Of a stretch of 64,000 nt of DNA, positions 37,812 through 47,652 are shown piece by piece. Below the pieces are notes generated by a model. That model was not told where the DNA came from and did not search any database. It saw only the letters and a list, made by a program, of their open reading frames with translations. Numbering within the stretch: position 1 is the stretch's first letter; each line of letters begins with the position of its first letter. The position numbers and the translations under genes were made by a program. Origin of the DNA: a virus; the IMG/VR virus record IMGVR_UViG_3300047509_000156, positions 42,482 through 106,481 of that record. The stretch is one strand, 5' to 3'.

Positions 37812-38516
37812 ATGAAGAAACTGATCGTACTCGCCATCGTGGCAACCACCTTGGTCTGGACCTACGAAGCCTCAGCACAGCGCGGCGGGCGCGGGGGTGG
37901 TCGTGGTGTCGCCGGCCGAGGCGGGCGTATCGGCGGCGCCGGGCGTGGCGTGGCCCGTGCCGGTCGTGGTATCGCTCGTGGCGGGAGACTGGCCGGTCGA
38001 GCCGGGCGTGGCGTGGCCCGTGCCGGTCGTGGTATCGCTCGTGGCGGGAGACTGGCCGGTCGAGCCGGTCGCGGCGCTGTTCGGAATGGAGGCCGAGCGG
38101 CAATTGCTTCGGCCCGTCTGGCTCGCGCCGGCTTCCGTGGCAATGCTTTTCGCGGCAACTTCCGTGGGGCGAACTTCATCCGTAACCGCTTCGTGGGCAA
38201 TGCCTCTTTCCGCAACCGTGCGTTCTTCCTGAATAACTTCAACCGCTTCGGTTACGGCAACGCGGCCTTCCTTGGTCGTATCGGCTACGGTAGCGCCGGA
38301 TTCGTCTACCCGTCGCTGGTTGCCGGCTACACGGCACCGCTGGGATTTTCCGCAGCGTCTGGTTACTCCGGATATGCCGCCCCGCCTCTGCCGCCTCTGG
38401 CTCCAGCGGTTTCCGAGGCTGCACCGCCCTGCACGGGATTGCGTGCCGAAGCGGCAGCCACGTCATCGGTGACAACCACGGTAACGACCGTGACCACGAC
38501 AACCACGAATCAGTGA
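37812..38516 (+). CDS. Secreted Gly/Arg-rich low-complexity protein
   Basis: MKK signal peptide, RGG repeats, AGGAG RBS. Confidence 0.75.
   Translation: MKKLIVLAIVATTLVWTYEASAQRGGRGGGRGVAGRGGRIGGAGRGVARAGRGIARGGRLAGRAGRGVARAGRGIARGGRLAGRAGRGAVRNGGRAAIASARLARAGFRGNAFRGNFRGANFIRNRFVGNASFRNRAFFLNNFNRFGYGNAAFLGRIGYGSAGFVYPSLVAGYTAPLGFSAASGYSGYAAPPLPPLAPAVSEAAPPCTGLRAEAAATSSVTTTVTTVTTTTTNQ
37938..38068 (+). repeat. 63-bp in-frame tandem duplication
   Basis: AGRGVARAGRGIARGGRLAGR twice with identical DNA. Confidence 0.9.
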
Positions 38517-38540
38517 GAGTAGTACCTTGGCGGGTACTTT

Positions 38541-38586
38541 GGCCACGGAGGTGAAGTCATAGCCATCTCCGTGGCCGTTTTACTTT
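38541..38586 (+). terminator. Hairpin/terminator
   Basis: GGCCACGGAG...CTCCGTGGCC followed by GTTTTACTTT. Confidence 0.6.
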
Positions 38587-38599
38587 AGGAGGGCGAATC

Positions 38600-38788
38600 A
38601 TGCCGTTTTGGATGCTCGTTTTGGTCCTGGTTACGCTCATCGCCCTGTGTTGGGGTGGTGGGTATGGTTTCTATCGTAGCGCCCCCGACCGGCCGTTCGT
38701 CGGCGGACTTCTGGGCGTCCTGGGCCTGATCCTGTTCATCGTCCTAGTGATGGTGTTCATGCAGGGGCAACAGTTGCCTGGAAGGTGA
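38600..38788 (+). CDS. Small 2-TM membrane protein
   Basis: Two hydrophobic segments; AGGAGG RBS. Confidence 0.7.
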   Translation: MPFWMLVLVLVTLIALCWGGGYGFYRSAPDRPFVGGLLGVLGLILFIVLVMVFMQGQQLPGR

Positions 38789-38884
38789 CATGGATCTCTA
38801 CAACGTCTTCTGCCTTGTCCTGATCACCCTTGTTAGCCTCGATGCCGTGGTACACGACGGGAGAACCTAGCCCCAAAGGACCAA

Positions 38885-39373
38885 ATGGACCACTTAGCCG
38901 CCCTCGTCTCGGCAATAACTGCCCTGGTCATTGCTGTAACCGGCCTGCTGGCAATGATCATCCGACTGTGGTTTCTCATGAAGAGAGGAGACGCCAAGAC
39001 CGACAAGCGCGTGGACCTCATCTGGTCGCGGGATATATCCCGTGGCGAGATGGCAGTCCAGAAGATCGACACGAGGTCGCTGGAGGCAGCCTTCGCCCCG
39101 ATTGCCCCGGCACTCAGGCGGATCAAGTACGACCTACCCGACGCCACTGCGGGAGAACTGGCCGAGGCCATCGAGGACCGGATGGGGGAATGGATTACCC
39201 GGCATATATGCGGACCCCTCCATGTGAAGGACTATATGTGTCTTGCCATCGCTCTCCAGGTGGCCAGCAGCGAGGGGCCAAGCGTCCGCAACCATAACTC
39301 ACCCTGGCGGCGAGTCAAGCCGGCGCCCATGACGGATATCGCGACACCGGCCAAAGAAGATACCGCGAAGTAA
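38885..39373 (+). CDS. Membrane protein (N-terminal TM)
   Basis: Hydrophobic N-terminus; holin-region-like context. Confidence 0.6.
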   Translation: MDHLAALVSAITALVIAVTGLLAMIIRLWFLMKRGDAKTDKRVDLIWSRDISRGEMAVQKIDTRSLEAAFAPIAPALRRIKYDLPDATAGELAEAIEDRMGEWITRHICGPLHVKDYMCLAIALQVASSEGPSVRNHNSPWRRVKPAPMTDIATPAKEDTAK

Positions 39374-39387
39374 CGTAGAGGTTCGCC

Positions 39388-40086
39388 ATGCCTACGGCTG
39401 ACAGGAGCGAACAACGGGAGCATCGGTTCGAGGGGGACATCCGTCCCATCCCCGATCCGACCGTGCTGACCACGCAGCAACTCGCCACTGCGATGACGAG
39501 CCTCAAGGAACTGATCGACGTGCGGTTCAACCAGGCGCACGATGAGGCGATACTGAGGAACGAGATCCTTGAGACTCGCCTGAAAGCGATGGACATGGCC
39601 ATCGCTCTCGTTCAGACCGCAGCCGACCGCATACCGGGCTACGTGGACGAGAAGATAAACTCCCTGCGTTCCGTCCATGAGGAGAGGTTCAACAGCATCC
39701 AGGTTCAGTTCAAGGAGCGAGACGTGCGTACGGAGCAGACCAGCAAGGACAGCAAAGTGGCCGTTGACGCGGCGCTTCAGGCCGCGAAGGAGGCGGTCAC
39801 AGAGCAAAATCGTTCGGCGGCGTTGGCGATTTCCAAGAGTGAGGCATCCACTATCAAGCAGATCGACCAGATGGGACTTCAGATCCAGACAGGGAACAAG
39901 TCAATGGACGACAAGTTCGGTGACATCAAAGAACGACTAACCCGAATCGAGGGCAAGGACGTGGGCCATACTGCCACCGTGGCGCAGCAGTCAACAGCGA
40001 GCAGTTTCATCCTCGCCATCGTGGTAGGCATCGCCGGCATTGTCATTGGCCTAGGGGCAATAGCCGTTTCCGTTCTGAAGCGCTGA
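39388..40086 (+). CDS. Coiled-coil protein with a C-terminal TM
   Basis: AVDAALQAAKEAV..AISKSEA; C-terminal hydrophobic segment. Confidence 0.7.
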   Translation: MPTADRSEQREHRFEGDIRPIPDPTVLTTQQLATAMTSLKELIDVRFNQAHDEAILRNEILETRLKAMDMAIALVQTAADRIPGYVDEKINSLRSVHEERFNSIQVQFKERDVRTEQTSKDSKVAVDAALQAAKEAVTEQNRSAALAISKSEASTIKQIDQMGLQIQTGNKSMDDKFGDIKERLTRIEGKDVGHTATVAQQSTASSFILAIVVGIAGIVIGLGAIAVSVLKR

Positions 40087-40104
40087 GGAGGACAGAACAA
40101 AGCC

Positions 40105-40821
40105 ATGTCCGATGCTTTGCCAGTCAAGGTCTACATCTACGGGCTGTATGACGACACCGGCATTCGGTACGTCGGACAGGGCGCGGACCCAGACAAACGC
40201 CTCCGCGATCACATGCGGAGCAAAAAGAAGAACCACAAGACGAACTGGATTCAGAAACTGAAATCGGAAGAAAAGGCTCCGAAGGTGTGCATCCTAGAGG
40301 AAACCGACGAGGAGAACTTTGAAGAACGGGAACGGTTCTGGATCGCTTTCGGCCGCGAGAACGGCTGGAAGCTGACGAACGCAACGAACGGTGGTATCGG
40401 CACTCGCGGCTACAAGCACAGCAAGGAAGCCCGCCAAAAGATGGCGGACGCGAAGATCGGCAACACCTGGAATATCGGGCGCCTTGCCGGCAAGCCGAAG
40501 AGTGAAGAACAGAAACGGAAGATAGCCGCCACTCTGACAGGGAGGACTTTGAGCGACGAACACAAGCGAAAGATAAGTGAAGCCGGGAAAGGTAGAGTGC
40601 AGTCCACAGAGACACGAAAGAAGCTGTCGGATTTCCATCGTGGCAAAGTCGTGTCTGCCGAATCGCGGCGAAGGATGTCTGAAGCAAGGAAAGGCCGTGC
40701 GCCTTGGAACAAGGGACAAAAGTGCAACCCACCATCCGAAAGCACGCGAAAGTTGCTTTCAGAGGCGATGCGCGAGTACCGCCGCCGGAAGAAAGAGGCC
40801 GTCGCACTCATGAAGCGTTGA
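40105..40821 (+). CDS. GIY-YIG homing endonuclease with NUMOD3 repeats
   Basis: YIYGL..RYVGQ..R...H, E..WI, LTN...GG; repeated S.E...KIS. Confidence 0.9.
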   Translation: MSDALPVKVYIYGLYDDTGIRYVGQGADPDKRLRDHMRSKKKNHKTNWIQKLKSEEKAPKVCILEETDEENFEERERFWIAFGRENGWKLTNATNGGIGTRGYKHSKEARQKMADAKIGNTWNIGRLAGKPKSEEQKRKIAATLTGRTLSDEHKRKISEAGKGRVQSTETRKKLSDFHRGKVVSAESRRRMSEARKGRAPWNKGQKCNPPSESTRKLLSEAMREYRRRKKEAVALMKR

Positions 40822-41001
40822 GGAGATCGAGATGCCCGTAGACAAGGCGGAACTGGAACTGGCGGTAGAAAAGGTAAGAGAGGAACTCTCGCGTCAGATG
40901 GCGCAGGAGATCAGTGACATTCATCTCAGGATGGACGCCGCTCTTATGTACATGGATGAACGCCTGAAACGCCTCGAAGGCAAAGAAGCGCCGAGGTAGG
41001 T

Positions 41002-41253
41002 ATGGACTGGAAAACAATTTTCGCTTCGTTCTTCGCAGCCCTGATAGCCGCCCTGCCTGGTATCTTGGGTGCCATCAAGAACTGGCAGGACAACAAGGCG
41101 CTCAAGAAGGACCTAGAGAAGAACACCGAGTTGACGAGTACCACGCTGATGCAGGCCGTTGATACCGGCGACAAGGTAGCCGAGATCCACACCGCCACGG
41201 GCGCCCGATCATCCCCTCCACCTATTCCTGGCGATCCAAGGAGCCATCTATGA
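41002..41253 (+). CDS. Small membrane protein (holin-like)
   Basis: N-terminal TM with charged tail. Confidence 0.55.
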   Translation: MDWKTIFASFFAALIAALPGILGAIKNWQDNKALKKDLEKNTELTSTTLMQAVDTGDKVAEIHTATGARSSPPPIPGDPRSHL

Positions 41254-41520
41254 AACTTCCTGTGAAGATCAAGGCTCTAGTAGTCCCCACGGTGGACATT
41301 CTGGCCGCAATGGCTCAGAGTGACAAGTTGACCGAGGAGGTTCGGGCGACTATCGCCGACCTGTACAGTAAGTGGCTGAAGGAGTACCCCGAACTGGCAA
41401 GGGGCCACCAGATGGAGGAAGGGCCTTGAGTCTGCGGGGGGACTGGCTCTTTACCCTTCTCGTCGTCTGCCTCTTCCTGGCTGTCGCACTGATCGCTCTG
41501 GCTGAGTACCTGCGGAGAGG

Positions 41521-41739
41521 TTAGTGGCCCTCCAGTTCCGCCAGCTTGTCGATCGAGGGCGGGTCGCGTACTTCCAGAATCGTGCCTTCTTTATCGGCCA
41601 GATGGACAAGAGCAGCGGCCGGCTCCCATGATGCCTCTGGGTTGTTCGGGCGGAAATGAATGCCGACTATCTGTGCTGGGTTGACGAGCCAGTCTTGTGG
41701 CTTGTTGTCTATCCAACTATGGGCAAGCAGCCGTATCAT
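41521..41739 (-). CDS. Hypothetical protein
   Basis: GGAGG RBS. Confidence 0.55.
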   Translation of the reverse strand: MIRLLAHSWIDNKPQDWLVNPAQIVGIHFRPNNPEASWEPAAALVHLADKEGTILEVRDPPSIDKLAELEGH

Positions 41740-41742
41740 CTC

Positions 41743-42375
41743 TCATCCTCCCACTTGTGGCGGTTTGATCGGCGGCAAGCCAACGAGTTCTCTGCCCCAG
41801 GCGACACAGGCGACCGATAGCGCCCAGAAGGCAGCTTCCTCGCTGTCATGGCGCGGCTCTTTGTGGGCGCCGCGTTCGTTGAAACGAAGTCCAGGCAGTT
41901 TCATGCCGATATAGAGCGGTAAGATATCGCCAGTCCAGTAATGCCTTTGATTACCGCCGATCAGCCATCGCCAGACTTCTTTGCCTCTGGTTCTCCTGTT
42001 CTGAAGCCTCATCGGCTTCTTATCAGTCAGCCTAACTTCAGTGATCGGCTGCTCAGAGAACAGCGTTTCGGCGTGTTTGAGGAAGTCTTCACAACTCATC
42101 TCGACGCCAACCACAAAACCTCGATGGACGGTCCCCGAGGCGTTGAGGAACCTTCTCTTCTCCGGCGAGCGCCAAGACTCTGCTATACCGATAGCGCCGT
42201 CGAGTGTGCAGTGCAGTTGCCCGTATGGTTCCAGGACTCTCTCGCGGATGTACGCTGCACGCTCGATCTCGCCGGCCTCGTCGATGGCGTCGGCGTAGAC
42301 GAGACGAACGTCGTCCCTGTCTGGTTCTTCGAGGATGGCCCACAGGAGGCTATCGATGGTGGGCTGGGTGATCAT
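41743..42375 (-). CDS. TIGR02996 domain protein
   Basis: LLWAILEEPDRDDVRLVYADAIDEAG..ERAAYIR; HRGFV; PITEVRLTD. Confidence 0.9.
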   Translation of the reverse strand: MITQPTIDSLLWAILEEPDRDDVRLVYADAIDEAGEIERAAYIRERVLEPYGQLHCTLDGAIGIAESWRSPEKRRFLNASGTVHRGFVVGVEMSCEDFLKHAETLFSEQPITEVRLTDKKPMRLQNRRTRGKEVWRWLIGGNQRHYWTGDILPLYIGMKLPGLRFNERGAHKEPRHDSEEAAFWALSVACVAWGRELVGLPPIKPPQVGG

Positions 42376-42692
42376 GCTTCCTTCTCCAGTTGCGCTACCA
42401 CATCCAGTACCTGTTCGCGAGACAATTCCCAGCGGTCCTTGGGCAAGCCGTAGACTACCTTGAACTTGAACTCCTGGTAGAGCGCACAGGCTCGCTCGTC
42501 ATCGTTGAGGGCGTCGGCCAGGATCGCTAGGGCCAATTGAGAGGGGCCGCTCCCGGCGTAGCCCCATTCGTAGCCGGTTTGGCTGTGGTTGCGTAGATCG
42601 AGACGCGGCAGCAAGGCGTATCTGCGGTAAGCGTCCTCCACATCTATCATCACTCCATTACCGACGCGCAGGCCGTGGTAGCGTTCGGCTAT
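42372..42692 (-). CDS. DUF6166-like protein (start uncertain)
   Basis: NHS.TG.EWGY.GSGP.QLALAIL. Confidence 0.7.
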   Translation of the reverse strand: MAERYHGLRVGNGVMIDVEDAYRRYALLPRLDLRNHSQTGYEWGYAGSGPSQLALAILADALNDDERACALYQEFKFKVVYGLPKDRWELSREQVLDVVAQLEKEA

Positions 42693-43691
42693 GCGTACAT
42701 CCCACCACGCCAGACTGCCGGCCACGCTGATGTACTTTCCGTAGCCGGGCGAGAGGAGCATCTTGAAGATCGCATAGATAGCCGAGTAACCGAACAGCGT
42801 GATCGGCCGGCAGATTTCGCCGCGACGATTGGTCGTCAGTCTCTTCCGCGTACCTCTCTGGAGCGTGTGGCTTTCGTAGTCCGGCGTCCATCCAGGCACA
42901 GTGCGCCAGGATGGAGCGGTCAAAGCCAGGGGGGATGGGCGGCCATTCCGTGTAGGAGAGGGTGAACGCCGGTTTGCACTCGGGTTCCTCCAGCACCGCC
43001 AACCCCTGGGCATGGACCTTCTCCAGCCAGTCGCTGGCGATGACCAGATGAAGACGCTCGTGTGGCTCATACCTCTTCTCGCGGAAGTGATTCTGCCTCA
43101 ACTTGCTGGGTGAGCCGAAGAATAGCTCGATCTTCCAGTGCGGCGGGAAGAAGTGCAAGCCCTCGATCACCGTGAGGGTGTCGCGGTAGCGCTGGGCGAG
43201 GACGGATTGCTTGGCGGCGCGGGTGCTCACGACGTTCGCCCTCCGAAGTCCCATTGGGTGAGCCGAGACTTGTTCGTCGGGCTGGCTAGCTCGGGCAGGT
43301 TCAGCGCCACAATCGCCTGCTGGTGTAACTCCTTGAGCGCCAACTCCGCACTCGACATGATACACTGCATCCCGCCCCAGCGCACGAGGCAGCTCGATGC
43401 TTTCTTGAAGGTCCCATCCGCCGAGCGGTGCGGGCCGCGAACGCACCTTGCGTGGAGGATTCGGTAAGCCGCATCGGCGCCGGGGCAGGGGACCGGATCG
43501 GCGTAGAGGACAAAGAGGTCCTCGCGCAGGGGAACTTGCCTGACCCGGGTGCGCAGGTCGGCGCCCTCAACGCCCCGGTCTACCTCATGGACGCCGCCGA
43601 AGAAGTGTCCGCGCATACTCGCCGTGCTTGAGGCGTACCGTGCGAAACGTTGGCCTGTCTCGCACGTCCCATTCGTGCATGTCAGTGATTC

Positions 43692-43967
43692 TCATGGTTC
43701 CTCTGGAATTGGATCGTAAGCGTGTTTGGCATACCCGCTTTCGTGGTAGTACGCTTCCGTATGACGCCACAACGTGAGAAGTTCGTCGGACCAGTGCGCG
43801 TTGCCGTGCGACAGCATTTGTGATACGTGTCTGCAAGCATTCGCCAGGTCTTCAGCGGTGTGCCAAGGACGTTTGTTCGTGCGGATCGCTTCTTCAAGTT
43901 CCGCTCGCTTCGTGCGCAGGAGCGTTTTCAACCGCTCCTCTTCACCCTTCAGGGAATCTTCGCTCAT
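43692..43967 (-). CDS. Hypothetical protein
   Basis: MSEDSLK.. with GAGG RBS. Confidence 0.5.
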   Translation of the reverse strand: MSEDSLKGEEERLKTLLRTKRAELEEAIRTNKRPWHTAEDLANACRHVSQMLSHGNAHWSDELLTLWRHTEAYYHESGYAKHAYDPIPEEP

Positions 43968-44449
43968 GATGTCCTCACAATACCCACAAGCAAGGAATAG
44001 CCCGCGTTCGTCTGGAGGGAATTGCACCCTCTGGCCTTGACGTTCGCCAGTACGCATGAGTAGCGAACAACCTTGCTCGTAGGTGTCTCATCGCCGGCCC
44101 CGTCGCCGGCCCTTCTTGTGGTTGATCTTCTTGTACGAATGGCGGGGGCGGGGTGCTGGGCGGTCGATGCGGAGAAACGGCCCTGCGCCGACTGCCAGAA
44201 TCGGTGGATGATCGAGAGCCCCTCCTTCTCCACGGTCTGCCACCAGTCCTCGGGGAGGACAGCCTGGACGTGGAGGGTGTGTTCCCCGCACGACAGGATC
44301 ATGTCGGGAGAGCCCACGCTCACCTGGACACGCGCTTTCCAACTCGGGCCGCGCAAGGGCGCATCGATACCCACGAGTGCCGGCAGGCAGCTTTCCGCCC
44401 AGGTCTGGACCAGGCGGGTGGCCAGGGTGAGGTCGTGTTGCGAGGGCAT
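43964..44449 (-). CDS. Hypothetical protein
   Basis: Shares a DW..V...GL motif with the ORF near 42900-43150. Confidence 0.45.
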   Translation of the reverse strand: MPSQHDLTLATRLVQTWAESCLPALVGIDAPLRGPSWKARVQVSVGSPDMILSCGEHTLHVQAVLPEDWWQTVEKEGLSIIHRFWQSAQGRFSASTAQHPAPAIRTRRSTTRRAGDGAGDETPTSKVVRYSCVLANVKARGCNSLQTNAGYSLLVGIVRTS

Positions 44450-44452
44450 GTG

Positions 44453-44668
44453 TCACTTTCCTGTCGTCTTGCGGCGGTATGCCTCTCTTTTCCAGGCGTT
44501 CACCCGGCGACGTCCTCTGGGCGTCTGCCGCAGTCGGGCGCTGTAGTCATTCATACAAGCCTTGCACCAGCTACGCGCCCTGCCGTTTTGGCGGTAGAAG
44601 TCGTCGAGTGGAAGGACTCGGAGGCAGTGCTTGCACTCCTTGGTCAGCGTCAATGTGTCGTCCCTCAT
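44453..44668 (-). CDS. Small Zn-binding protein
   Basis: K.C..C....PL..FY....S.CK.C. Confidence 0.65.
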   Translation of the reverse strand: MRDDTLTLTKECKHCLRVLPLDDFYRQNGRARSWCKACMNDYSARLRQTPRGRRRVNAWKREAYRRKTTGK

Positions 44669-44952
44669 TGCTGTTTCTCCTTGGTTAGCGTCCGCGAATC
44701 TGGTCGCACAACTCGATCAATTCCTTCAGGCATGGCGTCTGAGCGGCATCTGAGCGCCGCAGAAAGTCGGCCACGGCACATGCCTTCTCGAAGAGGTCGT
44801 CGCGTTGGCTACTGGCGAAACTGATCGACACCTCGCGCAACTCCTTAGCCAACTTGTCGGCTCGGCTCGACAGAGAGGCCAGGTAGGTACAGGCGTTGCT
44901 GTAGGGGTTCTTCACGGGGTACTCCAGGGGGGGGGGGATGGGTGATGGTTTG

Positions 44953-45771
44953 CTACGCCGTGGCGATAGAGAGCGGCTTCTCTTCACCGGGAATCGGGAA
45001 CAGTTCCTGGTCGGTCGTCACCAGTTTGGTGAGCCTCTTCTGCTCCAGAAAAGCGACGAGTGCCGCCTCAGCCTGGCGGTAAAGTTCTCGCCGCGACCCT
45101 GATTGTTCTGGTAGGACTTCAAGGACGAAGTTTCTCAGGAGGATCGCCGCCTCGTCACCGGGGACCATCATGCCACTCTGGAGAACTTCGCCGAAGCGTT
45201 CCAGCATCTTCTTCTTGGCCTTGCCGATGGCAGCGCGGACCACGACGGCGCGAATCGAAGAAGAAACGAACTTGCCGCTGGGAAGAATCTTGTGCGCCAG
45301 TGATACCTGCTCGCCGTAAGTCTGCATGAACTCGTCCACTTCCTTGTCTGAGATCGCACAGAATCCCTTCATGGCCGGGCCGTAGAGGAGTCTGCGAACA
45401 GTGGGGCCACAGCCGCGCGGCCAGTCCTTGTCGGCGATGCGGAAGTTGTCGTCCGTCGAACGTCTCTGGCAGCCGTCGAGAACGAGGAAAGAATCCTTGG
45501 GCAGGCCGTGCATGACGACCGAGTCGAAGGAGACGCCAGCTCGGGAGCAGGCAGTCAGTCGTTTCTTGCCGTTGATCAGGTTGTGGTCCACGCCGAAGGA
45601 GATGGCCTGGTCGGACAACTCCCATCGGCCGTTCTCCATGTCGGACTGGTACTGCGCCACCTTGCCCTCGTTGAGCCGGCGGTTGCGCGGATGGTCCCGC
45701 GTCAGCCAGTTCTCGGCCATCTGTGGGGTGATGGTCATGATCTCTACCGTTGGTTGCTGCCGTCGCGTCAT
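44953..45771 (-). CDS. ParB-like N-terminal domain phage protein
   Basis: ITP.MA..WL...NR.L....V..Y..DM..G.W; LING..RL.A. Confidence 0.8.
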   Translation of the reverse strand: MTRRQQPTVEIMTITPQMAENWLTRDHPRNRRLNEGKVAQYQSDMENGRWELSDQAISFGVDHNLINGKKRLTACSRAGVSFDSVVMHGLPKDSFLVLDGCQRRSTDDNFRIADKDWPRGCGPTVRRLLYGPAMKGFCAISDKEVDEFMQTYGEQVSLAHKILPSGKFVSSSIRAVVVRAAIGKAKKKMLERFGEVLQSGMMVPGDEAAILLRNFVLEVLPEQSGSRRELYRQAEAALVAFLEQKRLTKLVTTDQELFPIPGEEKPLSIATA

Positions 45772-45918
45772 AGCGGGTTCTCCTGGGAAAAACGGTTGCC
45801 TTGTTCTCTCTCGACGTTATACTATACGCAGTTGTCTCCTTCTTGTGACAGAGAGATCGGTAGAATCCAGAGAATATCGGTCACAGTCCGGATGAATCGG
45901 CGTATATCAAGTGTCGCC

Positions 45919-45955
45919 ATTTTCCCCCGGCCAAAATCCGGGGGCGGATTGAAAC
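45919..45955 (+). CRISPR. Solitary CRISPR-repeat-like unit in a 5' leader
   Basis: ATTTTCCCCCGGCCAAAATCCGGGGGCGGATTGAAAC, between promoter 45880-45907 and the RBS. Confidence 0.7.
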
Positions 45956-45977
45956 AAGAGAGAAAGGACGGTGAAAC

Positions 45978-46584
45978 GTGGAGACGGCAGAACCCAAGGA
46001 ATCCTGGCGGATTGTCTGGCGAGCGGCGGCGGATTTGATCTCTCTGGAGGAACTGCAATTTATTCAGGTGACATTGGCGAGCGATGATCCGAGATGGGTC
46101 CAGGGCGCCACGACCAGTCCTCCCCCCTTTGCAGGCTGTGGCAGATTGGCCCGTGGAAGCCGCCTGTCTGTTCGGCCTATGTGGAGTGTTCAGCGGCGGC
46201 GGTTGGGGAGAGGCAATCGTCTCGGACACTGAGGATCGGTTTGCGAGACTCTGTTTCGACGTGGACCAGAAACTAGGCGAGCCTGCCGGCGTGAGATTTT
46301 TGCTCAACTGGCATGATGAGGCGCCCCGTGAGGAGGTCCGCCAGTCCTTACTCACAGAGATTACGGACGCCATCTCCTCCCGACTGTCCTCCCTCCGCGA
46401 CCGTCTCGCCAATCTGGGCGGGCAGCGTATCCTCGCCGAGGTGGAGTTGCAGGACTTCCTCGCGGAAGGTGACACGGGACTCTCGCCGGACCCGTCCCGT
46501 GGCAAGGCGGCACAGGAACGCCTCGACACCATCAACGCCGAGTACGCACAGGTGCGCGAGGAATACGCTAGGGCTACGGCGTGA
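45978..46584 (+). pseudogene. Planctomycete-type hypothetical gene split by a +1 frameshift
   Basis: ESWR.VWR..DDPR.VQGATTSPPP continues as LQAVADWPVEAAC in another frame at the C6 run near 46122. Confidence 0.65.
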
Positions 46585-46652
46585 ATTGTTGTCACAACTA
46601 CGAGAATATGCCGTATATCAGGGTGTCGCCCGGAAGCGTAAGGAGAAGAACC

Positions 46653-46925
46653 GTGAGCAAGAAGACAGCGAAAGGTGTTCGCTCAAAGGTAACTCTCTAC
46701 ATCGACAGCGGCGCCGTGCAGGTCTTTGCTGGACAGTTGCATCCCGCCGTGTTCACCGAGGAGGAAGCCTGCCGCATTCTCCTAGCGCATAAGGATCTCC
46801 TTGCCGCGTGTCGCAGCGCCCTGACACTCGTTGCCACAATGCAGAGTATGCCGCCGTCTGTGGATTGCATTGAGAGCGTTCTCGAGCAACTCGAATCCGC
46901 CATCGCCAAGGGAGAATCGCCGTGA
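46653..46925 (+). CDS. Hypothetical protein
   Basis: Own promoter at 46591; AAGGAG RBS; DLLAAC..A...AIAK motif. Confidence 0.6.
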   Translation: MSKKTAKGVRSKVTLYIDSGAVQVFAGQLHPAVFTEEEACRILLAHKDLLAACRSALTLVATMQSMPPSVDCIESVLEQLESAIAKGESP

Positions 46926-47142
46926 TCCAGACTGTGAATAAACTTGTCGGCAAGATCGCCGCCCGTGCCGCCGAGTTGGCCAACATGAAAATCAACCGGC
47001 TCCGTCTGGAGGCACCAGCCTACGAGGAGAGCGTCGCTGCTCATTTGAGGATCGCCAAGTTGGATTTCCCTGACCGAGGAAGACTCATCGAGGCGATTCT
47101 TCTGGAGGAGTTCAGCGAGGAGTTTGATCGGAGTATTGATCC

Positions 47143-47454
47143 ATGACACCCACCACCCCCATCCGTGGCCTCCACGATGTCACGCGAATCGCCAGTGGCT
47201 ACGGCATCCCCTGGCAGGTCGCCCTGACGCCCGAATGTTTCGAGAGGTGTATTCGCGTCGGCGTCTTCTGGAGCAAAGAAGAGGACCGCCTCGCCGACGT
47301 GATTTACGCCCTTGCCGTCGCCCTGAGAAGCTGCCGCTGGTGCTGGCGTATCTACGTACCCTCGGGGACACGAGTTCCCGACGTGGTTAAACTGCGGGCA
47401 CGGCGGGAGGAGAATAACGAGGAAGTACGAATTATCGTGGACCTGGAGGAGTGA
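47143..47454 (+). CDS. DUF6573-like protein
   Basis: DVT..A...GI...VALT...E..RL.DV. Confidence 0.55.
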   Translation: MTPTTPIRGLHDVTRIASGYGIPWQVALTPECFERCIRVGVFWSKEEDRLADVIYALAVALRSCRWCWRIYVPSGTRVPDVVKLRARREENNEEVRIIVDLEE

Positions 47455-47652
47455 TGAACAAATACGAACTGGCAGCCAAGATCGGCGATCTGGCTGAAGA
47501 GGCTGGAGAATCCTACGCCGCCGTTGTCCTGCTCGCCCTGGCCGGAGCGGTAATGATTGGACTGGAGAGAGAGTTGGCCGATGTTTGTGTTCTCGTCTCG
47601 CAGAGACAGAAGGATTTCTGCGACAGAAGTCTCAAGGCAAAGGATAACTAGC

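Noticed and set aside
44279-44307. GTGTTCCCCGCAC resembling a type I-E repeat start
   Set aside because: No complementary GCGGGG arm; lies in coding sequence
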